A DNA stretch of 64,000 nucleotides from Eubacteriales bacterium (GCA_045652135.1 JAZRTS010000031.1:3246-67245), one strand, 5' to 3'. Numbered from the stretch's first letter, positions 27,380 to 37,000 are shown. Translations and numbers: made by a program. The notes: a model not told the origin generated them from the letters alone.

Positions 27380-29851
27380 TTAACTCGATATTGTGGTAAT
27401 AGAACTGCCAACCAAATCCGTTATCTGCATATTGAGAAGGCTGGCTTTACATTCAGAATTGTGTGCCATACCGTTTATTCTTATGCCATTTGCACCCAAA
27501 TCTCCCGCATTTTCTAAAACTATCCTCTTTTTACCTGCAGCTTTGACATTGAGCGTAACATTGGGAGTAGTGAGGGATGTGGTAGCGCTACTGCGAACAG
27601 GTGCAAACGGCATCAACATTGTTGCGATAGCCAATCCGTTTTTATACCACATAATTTCAGCCTGAATTGTGCCTCCAAATGTATATCTGCTCTTGAATGG
27701 AAGGTATTTCTTTATAAGCGGTGCGTATGCCAAGAACAAGAAAAGCACGACGGCAAACGCAATTATAAGCGGCAGAAAATCGAGTATCCTATCGGGCCAC
27801 CACGGTCTTTCGTCATCGACCTTTAATTCGCCCTCGCCTTCACCTGTTGATACCTGACCTTCGTTGTCGATAGTTGCAAAAACCTTGAACGTCTTTTTTC
27901 CGTCCAGCTTTTTCGCCTCGGGCATATTGCCGTCTTCATCGGCCTTTATACCGAAATGGACCGTCGCGGTCGTCGGCTGCCCCTCAACATAGGGATCAAG
28001 CTCAATGTCTGCCGTGAAGTTTTCGTCATCTATTTCAACGGAAAGAGTAAGCGCGTCATACTGTTCCTTCGTCAGGTTACGTCCGTTCCAGGTAATGGTC
28101 ACCTTTCTGTCCGTTTCCTGATCTGCGAAATTCAAGTTGTCGCACGAGATAGACTGTGCCTCGATCTGAACACCGAGTGTAGTTGCGGTTATATCATCAA
28201 ATATATTGATTCTTGCGCCGACCGTTCCTATATCCGTCGTTCTGTGGCCGTTGGAAGCCGACACGGAAATATCAAAAGATATATCGCCCGTCGCTGTGCC
28301 CTCTCTTTTTCCGTCGTTGTACTGAGGATATACCATAAACGTACCGTCGTCGTTTTTAACCACCTTGAAATCAGGGTTATCCACACTGCAAGTCAGCTTA
28401 TAGTTTTCCCACTCCTCTGCAGGTATCGGTCCGCCGTTTTTCGAAACCTTGACAAGGATACCAAGGTTGTCCTTTTCAAGGGTGCTCAGACGGTAATCCT
28501 GCTGCAGATATTCAAGAGTGACATCAAGATCATTCACCGTAAAATCTTCAACAACGTATTTGAGCGATGCGTTACTGGAGCTGAACTTCAGATATTCAGC
28601 CAAAACGCTTATTTCTACCTCGCCCTCTTTCAAGTCCACGTTATTCGACGTCAGCGTACGCTTCTCGCCGTCTGCTTCGCAATAAAGCGTGTAATCGACA
28701 TCGAAAAGGTTCTGTGATATTTTTTCTCCGTATTTGGGGTGGCCATCGGGATACGTAAGCCAATACTGAAGCGTGTACGAACCGATCGGGATATATTCGT
28801 CGGTCATCTTGTTACCGTTACTGTCGTACATTTCCAATACGACATCAAGGCACGGCTTGTAGTAAACCACGTATTCGTTTGCCGAAATGGGAAGGTCATA
28901 CGTTCCTTCCGCTATGTAATTTCCGTTTTGAGGAGTGAAAGTTACGATAGAAGCATTCAGAACATCAATATTGATCTTGTCGCGATAACCGGGCTGAAGC
29001 GTAGCCTTATCCTTATCCGAAGCACTCATTGCGGCTGTGGAAACGGTCTTCTTCGCGCCCGAAATGTTGCCGATAGATACGTTTGAACCTTGAGCAAAAA
29101 CGATTATTTCGCTTACGGGAACGTCAAGAACTATTTTCGAAGACGTCGCATTCTTTAACGCGGGACGCTCGAATATTCTCTGACATATTTCCGTAACTCT
29201 CGAGAGAATACCCGTTTCACCGGAGGACACCTGTCCATCAGCCTTGTAAACGTAGATACCCTTGCTTTGGTTTTCGGTAGGCACAAGCGCTTCTCCGATT
29301 GCAAGGTATATGACCTTGATATTGTTTGCAGAACAATCCGCAATAAGCTTATCAATATCGGACGCTGTTTCAAGCTTATCGAATTTTTCGCCGTCCGTTA
29401 TTACAACGAGCCACTTTTCGTCGTAACCGCCCGTCTTTTTCAGATCGCCGTAGGCTCTTTCAAGCGACTCAAACGGTGTTCCGCTTGTATAAGTTACGGT
29501 GTTATGGATCGTCGTTATATTTTTCTGCTGTTGGTTTTTATCACCGGAAAGATTCGACAGTCTCGGTGCCTTGTTTCCGTCGCTCATATAGTAAATATTC
29601 ATAGAGTCCTTATCCTGCATCATTGCAGAAAAGACCTCAAGAGAATACTTGGCATAACACCACCAAAGTCTGTTTTCTTTCAACATACTGTTTGAATCGT
29701 CGTATACAACGTTTATCAAACGCGAGGACAGTTTTTCCTCGTTTGTTGAAGCTGCGTGCGTTTTAATCGGTATCAAAGAATAAAAAGCACCAAACAGCAT
29801 CACAACAGCAATAAACATTGCAACGGTTCTTCTTGATAAAATATTACGCAA
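27380..29851 (-). CDS. 823-aa type I membrane protein: signal peptide, extracellular vWA domain with complete MIDAS, beta-sandwich (Ig-like) repeats, a TM helix and a ~110-aa cytoplasmic tail.
   Basis: Signal peptide ends at THA/AS. MIDAS motif is VVYDDSNSM (DxSxS), followed by VVITDGEKF. A long beta-rich ectodomain precedes the TM helix LPLIIAFAVVLFLFLAYAPLI. TTG start after GAGAGG. Confidence 0.75.
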   Translation of the reverse strand: MRNILSRRTVAMFIAVVMLFGAFYSLIPIKTHAASTNEEKLSSRLINVVYDDSNSMLKENRLWWCYAKYSLEVFSAMMQDKDSMNIYYMSDGNKAPRLSNLSGDKNQQQKNITTIHNTVTYTSGTPFESLERAYGDLKKTGGYDEKWLVVITDGEKFDKLETASDIDKLIADCSANNIKVIYLAIGEALVPTENQSKGIYVYKADGQVSSGETGILSRVTEICQRIFERPALKNATSSKIVLDVPVSEIIVFAQGSNVSIGNISGAKKTVSTAAMSASDKDKATLQPGYRDKINIDVLNASIVTFTPQNGNYIAEGTYDLPISANEYVVYYKPCLDVVLEMYDSNGNKMTDEYIPIGSYTLQYWLTYPDGHPKYGEKISQNLFDVDYTLYCEADGEKRTLTSNNVDLKEGEVEISVLAEYLKFSSSNASLKYVVEDFTVNDLDVTLEYLQQDYRLSTLEKDNLGILVKVSKNGGPIPAEEWENYKLTCSVDNPDFKVVKNDDGTFMVYPQYNDGKREGTATGDISFDISVSASNGHRTTDIGTVGARINIFDDITATTLGVQIEAQSISCDNLNFADQETDRKVTITWNGRNLTKEQYDALTLSVEIDDENFTADIELDPYVEGQPTTATVHFGIKADEDGNMPEAKKLDGKKTFKVFATIDNEGQVSTGEGEGELKVDDERPWWPDRILDFLPLIIAFAVVLFLFLAYAPLIKKYLPFKSRYTFGGTIQAEIMWYKNGLAIATMLMPFAPVRSSATTSLTTPNVTLNVKAAGKKRIVLENAGDLGANGIRINGMAHNSECKASLLNMQITDLVGSSITTISS

Positions 29852-29935
29852 TTTTTTTCCTCTCTTTCAACATTGAATTTATACTAACGACAAATGTACA
29901 TTTACCGTTCGTATTATGTGATAATCTTACTTCAT

Positions 29936-29964
29936 ATAATAACATAAAAAGACAATAATTGCAA
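29936..29964 (-). promoter_or_regulatory. Candidate internal sigma-A promoter for the vWA/tubulin-like module.
   Basis: On the minus strand: TTGCAA (29959-29964), 17-nt spacer, TATTAT (29936-29941), about 85 nt upstream of the TTG start at 29851. It lies in the only long (421 nt), very AT-rich gap of the island. Confidence 0.5.
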
Positions 29965-30272
29965 GTAGTATATCAAATATATTTGTCTTTATTTATATAT
30001 AAATGATAAAATATGTCAGAAAAAATCGTTTATAAAAAATATAACGGCGTTTTTTAATTTTTACGATTTTTTCGTTCGTAAAAATATTCGCTTTTCAGCA
30101 AATGAGGAGTAATGTATGGCTCCTTTTGCAAAACCGACGGTAAGTGATATAAAAAACTCATAATTATTTAAAACGCGCAAAGTAACAGACACCGTTTATA
30201 AAACGCAGGCGGAACTTTTATATCGTTTAAATAATTATGAGTTTCAATTGATCTTAAATAACGTCTTTCGTA

Positions 30273-31514
30273 TTATCTGAGCTCATCTATCACTGCCGCG
30301 ATAGCGTCGCTTTTGGAATATATTCTGTCTAAAATCGGCTCGAGCAAGTTCATTTTGCCCTTTGAGCGCAGATCGTGGAAAAGATCCTCCAGATATTCCG
30401 GGGATTCGAACATTTTTTGTGAAAATTCGGGAATGATCTCAATAGCTCTCATGTAATCGCGCTCACTCATACATCCTTCTATGTATTCCTTTATCAGCTC
30501 ATCGGTTGCATCACTGCTCGTTCTTGAACAAATTTCTTCATACGCCAGAGAATACGAGCCGTTAGAGATCATATCGCGTATCTCGTCAGCTCCGGGATCG
30601 TAGTTGCTCATTATGTAATAACCGAGAGCGCCCAAAACTGCCAAAGCTACGGTAACGATGCATATAATTTTCCACGGAATCTTCTTTTTCGGCTTCAGCG
30701 CCTTTTCAAGCGCAGCTTTTAAAGCCGCGGGGCTTTCATAACGCTTTTCGGGTTCACAGCTTACCGCTTTCCGTATCACCGACAAAACGTCGGCTTCGAT
30801 CTTATTGGTGATCTTTATATCACCGTCGGAAATACCGTATCTGTCTCTGTCAGCAAAAATATTGTCGCCCGTCTTCAATAAATGGTACAGCAATATACCG
30901 AGGCTGTACACATCTGTTCTCGGTGTCGCCTTTTCTCCCCTCAGTATTTCAGGTGCATTATAGTACGGCACTTCATTTTTTACGCCCGAAAGGCAGGGAT
31001 TTCCGAGAATAATATCCCTGTCGCTCATAAATATGTTTTTATGATTCACGTTACCGTGCGTACCGGGAAAATCCGAAATAAGCTCGCACACCGACATCCA
31101 AACGTTCACCGCTCCCTTGGGATCGGATATCTTGAGCGGTGTGACACGCTCCGTACAAAGATAAACGTCATATACGCCGTCTCTTTTCTTATCCGCAGAT
31201 CTTACTACGCTGTAATCGTATAATTTCACCATACGGCAGCCGGAAGATGCGCAAGACGCTTCACGGTTAAGGCTTGACTGCACAAGTGATTCTGTCAGCG
31301 ATCTATCGTTAAAGTCTATTACGGATTCATGAGAACAAACCGTGCTTTTTTTAATACAGTAATCACCGTTTTGCGGCACATATATAACGTGACTGCCATC
31401 GTATAATACGTCATAAAAGCCGCTTTCGTCTATTTCTCTTTTAAAATCTGTTATTTCCGACAGTGTTTTGTATGCTCCGTTTCGTACAGCAACCGAAACC
31501 GAAGAATAATTCAT
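30273..31514 (-). CDS. Membrane-anchored Hanks-type pseudokinase (cytoplasmic kinase fold, one TM helix, C-terminal helical domain) in an EssB-like position.
   Basis: Kinase subdomains are readable: YCIKK (VAIK-like), THGNVNHKN in place of HRDxKxxN, ILGNPC in place of DFG, YYNAPE (APE), DVYSLGILLYHLL, and PEKRY. TM helix WKIICIVTVALAVLGALGYYIM. Confidence 0.75.
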   Translation of the reverse strand: MNYSSVSVAVRNGAYKTLSEITDFKREIDESGFYDVLYDGSHVIYVPQNGDYCIKKSTVCSHESVIDFNDRSLTESLVQSSLNREASCASSGCRMVKLYDYSVVRSADKKRDGVYDVYLCTERVTPLKISDPKGAVNVWMSVCELISDFPGTHGNVNHKNIFMSDRDIILGNPCLSGVKNEVPYYNAPEILRGEKATPRTDVYSLGILLYHLLKTGDNIFADRDRYGISDGDIKITNKIEADVLSVIRKAVSCEPEKRYESPAALKAALEKALKPKKKIPWKIICIVTVALAVLGALGYYIMSNYDPGADEIRDMISNGSYSLAYEEICSRTSSDATDELIKEYIEGCMSERDYMRAIEIIPEFSQKMFESPEYLEDLFHDLRSKGKMNLLEPILDRIYSKSDAIAAVIDELR

Positions 31515-31533
31515 ATCATATTACCGTCCTTTA

Positions 31534-32142
31534 TCAATATTCGGTATTGCGTTTGGACTTGCCGCTTGCCCCGTTTTTTCCTTCATCCTTGATGATTCTT
31601 TCGGCAATATCCTCCAAAAGCTTTACGTACTTGTCCTGATCGTCGAAGGATATTATCTGTCTGTTTGAAAAATAATCAAGCAGTACATCAAGGGACATTT
31701 CACCGTTTTCGGAGGTAAATCCGACTGCGTAACAGCAATATTCCTTAAGATCGCTTATGGCTTTTTCAAGACGGCCTTCATCCTCCGAAGGCTCAAGCAC
31801 TCCGTCTCCGATAAACACAACGTACCCGTTAGGGTAGGCGGAAAGCCGCTCTGCTGACCTGCTCAAGGCTTCGGCAATACATGCCCTGCCGTTTTTACCG
31901 ACAGAATATTTCGGTGAAAACGATCTTATGACAACCTCCGGGGACATACGGCACTCAACGTCAAAACACAACGACGTAAGGTTTGCCTCTGCGTTGTTTT
32001 TCTTAAAAATCTCAACGAATGCGGCAACACCCTTATTTACGGCATCGATAACAGTACCGCCTTTTATACTGAAATTCATAGACGGTGTCTGATCGACACA
32101 AAGTATGATATGTTTGCAATTCTGAGTATTCGGCTCCGTCAC
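31534..32142 (-). CDS. Cytoplasmic vWA-domain protein (~202 aa).
   Basis: The GTG at 32142 follows GAGGTG. The TTG at 32193 would overlap the upstream gene by 47 nt. HIILCVDQTPSM is a MIDAS-like DxTxS motif, followed by VVFIGDG. No signal peptide. Confidence 0.65.
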   Translation of the reverse strand: MTEPNTQNCKHIILCVDQTPSMNFSIKGGTVIDAVNKGVAAFVEIFKKNNAEANLTSLCFDVECRMSPEVVIRSFSPKYSVGKNGRACIAEALSRSAERLSAYPNGYVVFIGDGVLEPSEDEGRLEKAISDLKEYCCYAVGFTSENGEMSLDVLLDYFSNRQIISFDDQDKYVKLLEDIAERIIKDEGKNGASGKSKRNTEY

Positions 32143-32146
32143 GTTA

Positions 32147-32446
32147 TCACACCTCGTTATTATATTCTCCGAGCGAAGTATCCACTTCTGCAATAATTGA
32201 CTTGCAGTCCTCCAGCGTATCGCACATGATCTTCAAAATATCGTAGATACCCGAAATATTCGTCTTAACCTTTCCCGCATCGCTTTTGAAAGCAATTGCA
32301 CCTCTACCTTTCCAGTGATTCAACAACTCACTAACAATGCGGTCGTATTCTCTATTTATTGCATCGTATTCCGATACAAGATGATCTCTTTTACCTATAG
32401 CCTTATCGATCAGGGAAGTATCGATCAAAACAAATTCATTACTCAT
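32147..32446 (-). CDS. WXG100-family protein (99 aa).
   Basis: Helical hairpin length with the central motif HWKGRGAIAF (W-x-G at residues 45-47). RBS AGGAGA. Confidence 0.75.
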   Translation of the reverse strand: MSNEFVLIDTSLIDKAIGKRDHLVSEYDAINREYDRIVSELLNHWKGRGAIAFKSDAGKVKTNISGIYDILKIMCDTLEDCKSIIAEVDTSLGEYNNEV

Positions 32447-32461
32447 GATCCGTCTCCTGTA

Positions 32462-34003
32462 TTACTGAGCTTTTATTATTTTTATTTTTTTGAGTTCCTC
32501 ACGCGACACGTCGTAATAATATCCGTCGCCGACGTCGCAACGCGCATATTCACGCTTCATTTCTTGCGGGTCCATACAGTTGAAAACAGATGAACTGCCT
32601 TTTTCTGCAAGAAAATCGCCTATACTGTCAAGCAAAAATGCAGTATTGATCAGCATATTAAATTCATCATACGTAAATTTATCAGTGATCTTGGGAACGT
32701 CCGCCATAATGAAATAGTAATTGCGTTCCTCTGCCTGCATCATTGCATTTGTCAGATAAAAACCGTCTATTGTAAATCCTTCGCGGTTCTGACGTTTGTG
32801 GTTATACAGCTTTTTATCCTGAATGATGAAAAATACAGGATCGGAATCCATATCACGAATGCCGGTTTCAAATTCTCTCACTACGGCATTAAAGTCCTTG
32901 AACTGAGTAACATATCTGGCTTTTCCGCTGACAGCATCGTAAAATTCTTTGAGCTGTTCTCTCGGATCGTCATAGAATACGTACTCGGCATTCGGATACC
33001 TTTCCTTTATTCCGCGCATTATCAGTCTTAAAAGGTTTGTTTTTCCGAACTGTTTCTTGCCGTATATGGCTATATTACGCACTTCGTCAAAATCGAGCGC
33101 GACGGGGGAGTGGCGATAATAATCAAGGCCCACAAGAACCTCAGACGGTAAGAGCTTTGTTTCGGGACAAAAATCAGTTAAATTATCAGAGGTCAATTCG
33201 GGCGGAAAAGCATTCAGCTTTTCAACACCGCTTCCATTAGTCCTGCCGATCAATTCGGCAAGCTCACTACTGCTTGCAAAAGGAAGAAATGCCTGAAATT
33301 CGCAGGGCAGAGAATCAACAACTGTCACACCGCGTCCGGGTATCTTCATCGGTTCGTCTACCTTCGTGCCAAAAATTTCAAGATACTTATCCTTCTGCAT
33401 CTCAAGGGCATATTTACGTCCGAAATAAACCATCATTCTGTTAAGCTTACCCGTAAGATCGGTAGCGGTCAACAGCACCGAAACACCTTTTGACACACCG
33501 TCACGGACAAGCCTCGTAAGCTTGTCGTGGTAAGTCGAATACCTCTCCTCTGCCAGAAAAGCCGTCACGTTTTCAATCACCAGCGTAATGTGAGGCAGGG
33601 GAGCATCGGGGTTTCGTTTCTGATAGTCAATATAATTCTCACCGTTGAGAATACGTATATTTTCCGCAAGCTTCTGTTCTATCATTTGGAACAGTCTTTT
33701 TATGTTTTCTTCATTTGAGTTATCGAAGCAGGCACATACTCGTCCCAATTTCGAATACTCGCCTATGTTTCCGCCAAAGTCAAGCACATATGTATTTTCC
33801 CAGCTTACGTAAGGCTGTTCCTCGTTCATTCGAGCAAGAACGTTTTTGACTATATTGGTCTTTCCGCTCATAGCCCCACCAAATATTACGGCGTTACATT
33901 TTATCATATTCAAATATAAAACCGTCGCCTTCGGTGAATACGGAATATCATATAGACCGATGGCAATATCGCCAAGGCTGTCGTTGAAAATAATATCTTT
34001 CAT
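32462..34003 (-). CDS. essC: T7SS FtsK/SpoIIIE-family ATPase, C-terminal half (two P-loop domains, EccCb-like).
   Basis: 513 aa, no TM segment. Walker A motifs GGAMSGKT and GKKQFGKT. It has its own RBS (GAGGT, then 5 nt, then ATG), 24 nt after the stop codon of the upstream half. Confidence 0.8.
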   Translation of the reverse strand: MKDIIFNDSLGDIAIGLYDIPYSPKATVLYLNMIKCNAVIFGGAMSGKTNIVKNVLARMNEEQPYVSWENTYVLDFGGNIGEYSKLGRVCACFDNSNEENIKRLFQMIEQKLAENIRILNGENYIDYQKRNPDAPLPHITLVIENVTAFLAEERYSTYHDKLTRLVRDGVSKGVSVLLTATDLTGKLNRMMVYFGRKYALEMQKDKYLEIFGTKVDEPMKIPGRGVTVVDSLPCEFQAFLPFASSSELAELIGRTNGSGVEKLNAFPPELTSDNLTDFCPETKLLPSEVLVGLDYYRHSPVALDFDEVRNIAIYGKKQFGKTNLLRLIMRGIKERYPNAEYVFYDDPREQLKEFYDAVSGKARYVTQFKDFNAVVREFETGIRDMDSDPVFFIIQDKKLYNHKRQNREGFTIDGFYLTNAMMQAEERNYYFIMADVPKITDKFTYDEFNMLINTAFLLDSIGDFLAEKGSSSVFNCMDPQEMKREYARCDVGDGYYYDVSREELKKIKIIKAQ

Positions 34004-34027
34004 CTTCTACCTCATCATAAACTGTTC

Positions 34028-37000
34028 TCAATCAAGACAGTATTTTTCTTTATCGTACACGACGTTCGTCGGGAGAGGATCACGGAATATTTCCCTGACG
34101 GGTTCAATATTGCCCTCTTTTTTCATTGTATCATACAAATTGCACACCGCTTCCACGGTAACTTCAAGCTGAGTCTGCTTTTTTGATTTACGAAGCTTTA
34201 TAACTTCCTCATTATCCTCGTAAGAACAATAAAACTGACTATATTCTCCCTCTTTTTCAACGTTTGTAACGACAAGGTCACTGCTTGTGTTTTCGGAAGC
34301 CAATACTCCGGAATAAGCAGACTGAAAATACTCAAATTTCGATCCCGTGCCGACCAACAGATATGCGCGGCCGTTTCCGGGCATGGACGGCGATGCCGCC
34401 AGCTCATTGCCGATCATTTCTTTTGAAGCCTGACGCGTGGCGACTTTAAGACAAAGTCTTGATTTTGCATTGACACGTATATCGTCCGTAATAGCTCCCT
34501 CAATATTCTGAGAAATAAGAATTATGTGAATTCCGAGGCTTCGTCCGATACGCGCGATAGTTGTGATCTCACCCATGTAGTCGATTTCTCCGCTTTCATT
34601 GGAGAAGCGTTTCAACTCGGTAAATTCGTCCACGACGAGAATAAGGTGAGTCAGCGGGTTTTCTTTTATGTAATTGAGATCAGCCTCGGAAGCTTCCGCG
34701 GATGCTCTCAATTCTCTGCATTTTTTAATATATCCGTCTATACTGTCAACATTCTGAAAATGATTGATAACGAGCTTTCTGCGTTTTACCTCTGATTTAA
34801 TGGCAACGAGAAAACGCTTCAGCATATATTCTGCGCCGGTATTGTTCTCATCTCCGTCAATATCGGTCACCTTACCGACAACGTGGGGAAGCATACCCAA
34901 TCTCTTGGTAAATCCGCCGCCTTTCATATCAACAAGCATCATATTGACCTCGTCGGGGCGGAAACGCATACATAAACCGATAAGATATGATATAACCGTT
35001 TCGGATTTACCCGATCCCGTAGTACCCGCAACCAGCATATGAGGTCCATCGGATCTTTCATGCAGGTCAAGTATCGCCATATCGTTGTCCGTCATACCTA
35101 TCGGGACAGCCAGAGTTCTCGTTACGTCAAAGATTCTGCGTCCTTCATCATCGCGGCCCCAGTTTGTCGCAACAGCTCTCTTTATAGTTTCGCCTATGTC
35201 TTCTTTGCTGTTATTTACGATTCCGAACTGATTGAAAAGCGATACTCCGGAAGGAACCTGTCTGTTCTGCGAAATACGCGTGTAGTAAATACCCGAAAGC
35301 ATTCTGAAGGAACGGTTTTCGGCTCCCTCATCCTTTGATTCACCTATAATATCGCATCTGAATGATTTCTTACGGTCCCTGTCGCTGTACGGAACGATGG
35401 AACATTCTCCGCCGGGTCTGTTCGTCAGCGTGATTATATCGCTGCAGTATTCGGGCAAATGCTCCTTATAACGCTTCGCGAACACGAATGTCAAGCCTGA
35501 TTTATTCTTATATGCCTCGCCATCCTTCGGAGCCTCGGGAAGATAAGACGCAAATGCGTGTTCTTTGAGGTTGTATTCTTCAAAAACAATAAACACGATG
35601 TGCGGTCCGACAGCCGAATTGGTGCTTGCATGGCTGCGTTCCTCCATTATCTTCAGCATACTGCCCAGAACGATATTAGCTGACCTTTTGCTGAAAACGA
35701 ACTGTGATTTATTTTCAAACAGATCGCGGCAATGAGGCAGATGGGCGTATCTCTTGATATACTCGTTTATATCTGATTTTTTGACCGTTTCGGGGAAAAA
35801 TATAACAAACTGCAGATTTTCGGGCGAATGGTAATAACAAAGCTCGAAGATCATACGTCTTATAAAACGCTCCGTTATTCCGTCAACTTTGGCAATACTG
35901 TCCGACGGATCATCGTACACAATACCGAGCGTACCGCATTTGCTGAGCGAATACAAAAACGGCGCACCGTTCATATAACGGTAAGTTTCGGCAATTTTCG
36001 CAGGTAAATTTGAAAGATAGTAATCCGCAGCATCTTCCTTGCCGTTATTTGCATTTTCATCGACTAACGACAGCGTCACCGAATCCTCGGCAAGCTCAAA
36101 CGTTGCAGGTGAAAAGATCTCGTCCTTTTCTTTGCCCTTGATCTCAAACAGACTTTCCACACGGTCGGAAATACCGAGCCTTACCGTCAGAAAGTCGGAA
36201 TGAGACGGCGATCTGCTGAATACATCGTCGTTCAACTCGCGTACCTTATCAAGAAGCTTGATGGCACCGGGATAATTCGTTCTGAGAAGGTCGGCGTCTC
36301 TGGCGTGTCTTTTTTTGATCTTTGCGATAACGCGTCTTATATACTCCTCGTACTGGCTTTTCCATTCGGCGAGGCTCTTTTTATAATTTTTTTCCTGCCT
36401 TACCCATGTCATGACCGACGTTATGACCGTGACAACGCTCATCGCCACACTCATCAACACGAGAGCGCCGCCACCTCCGGCGGAGCCTGATATAACACTC
36501 CTGAGAAGTACCATTATGACGATCGTCATAACAGTAGGCAGAAGCATCATCCACAAATTCTGTTTTGCTTTCTGCGGAGGATTCTGCGGAGGTATAATTT
36601 CAACAGGGTTGCGGTCATAGCATTGAAGCTGTCTTGTACTGATATTATATCTGGGAAATTTAACCTCAGACTTCGCGTTATCGGGATTGAACGCAGGGAT
36701 TATTCCGTCAGTGTTGATCTCATGGATGCCTTCTTCAACTTCCTTGAAAAAAATCAGTCTTGTTGCGGAGACAAATCCCAGATCACACAGTCTTTTGTTA
36801 AGATCGGACTGAAATAAAACTACCTGCTCACCGCTGTCTGAATCGACCGTATGATTTTTCTCTTTCTCAAGCGTTTTTCTGTCATAAAGAGAAACAAGTA
36901 TTTTTTTCCAGTATTCTTCGCTTGCGTCACTACCTTTTAATATTGCCTTGTCAGCGACACAATTATTGTATATTTCAAGGCATTCGCTGTAAGATAAAAC

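Noticed and set aside
27956-29086. Plus-strand ORFs 27956-28717 and 28739-29086.
   Set aside because: They are antisense to the vWA/Ig-like gene and show shadow-ORF composition (Arg/Ile/Val-rich).
30116-30163. 15-codon plus-strand mini-ORF (MAPFAKPTVSDIKNS) with a GAGGAG RBS in the AT-rich gap.
   Set aside because: It is too short to evaluate, lies opposite to all surrounding transcription, and its end merely abuts the inverted repeat. It is noted but not called.
30273-31514. Annotation as an active Ser/Thr protein kinase.
   Set aside because: By-eye alignment puts Asn at both catalytic Asp positions (HRD becomes HGN, DFG becomes GNP), so it is called a pseudokinase.
34003-34028. Possibility that the split EssC is a pseudogene or frameshift.
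   Set aside because: The upstream half ends in an in-frame TGA. The downstream half has its own GAGGT RBS and ATG, and both halves are intact with complete P-loops. It is therefore treated as a genuine two-gene arrangement, pending re-sequencing.
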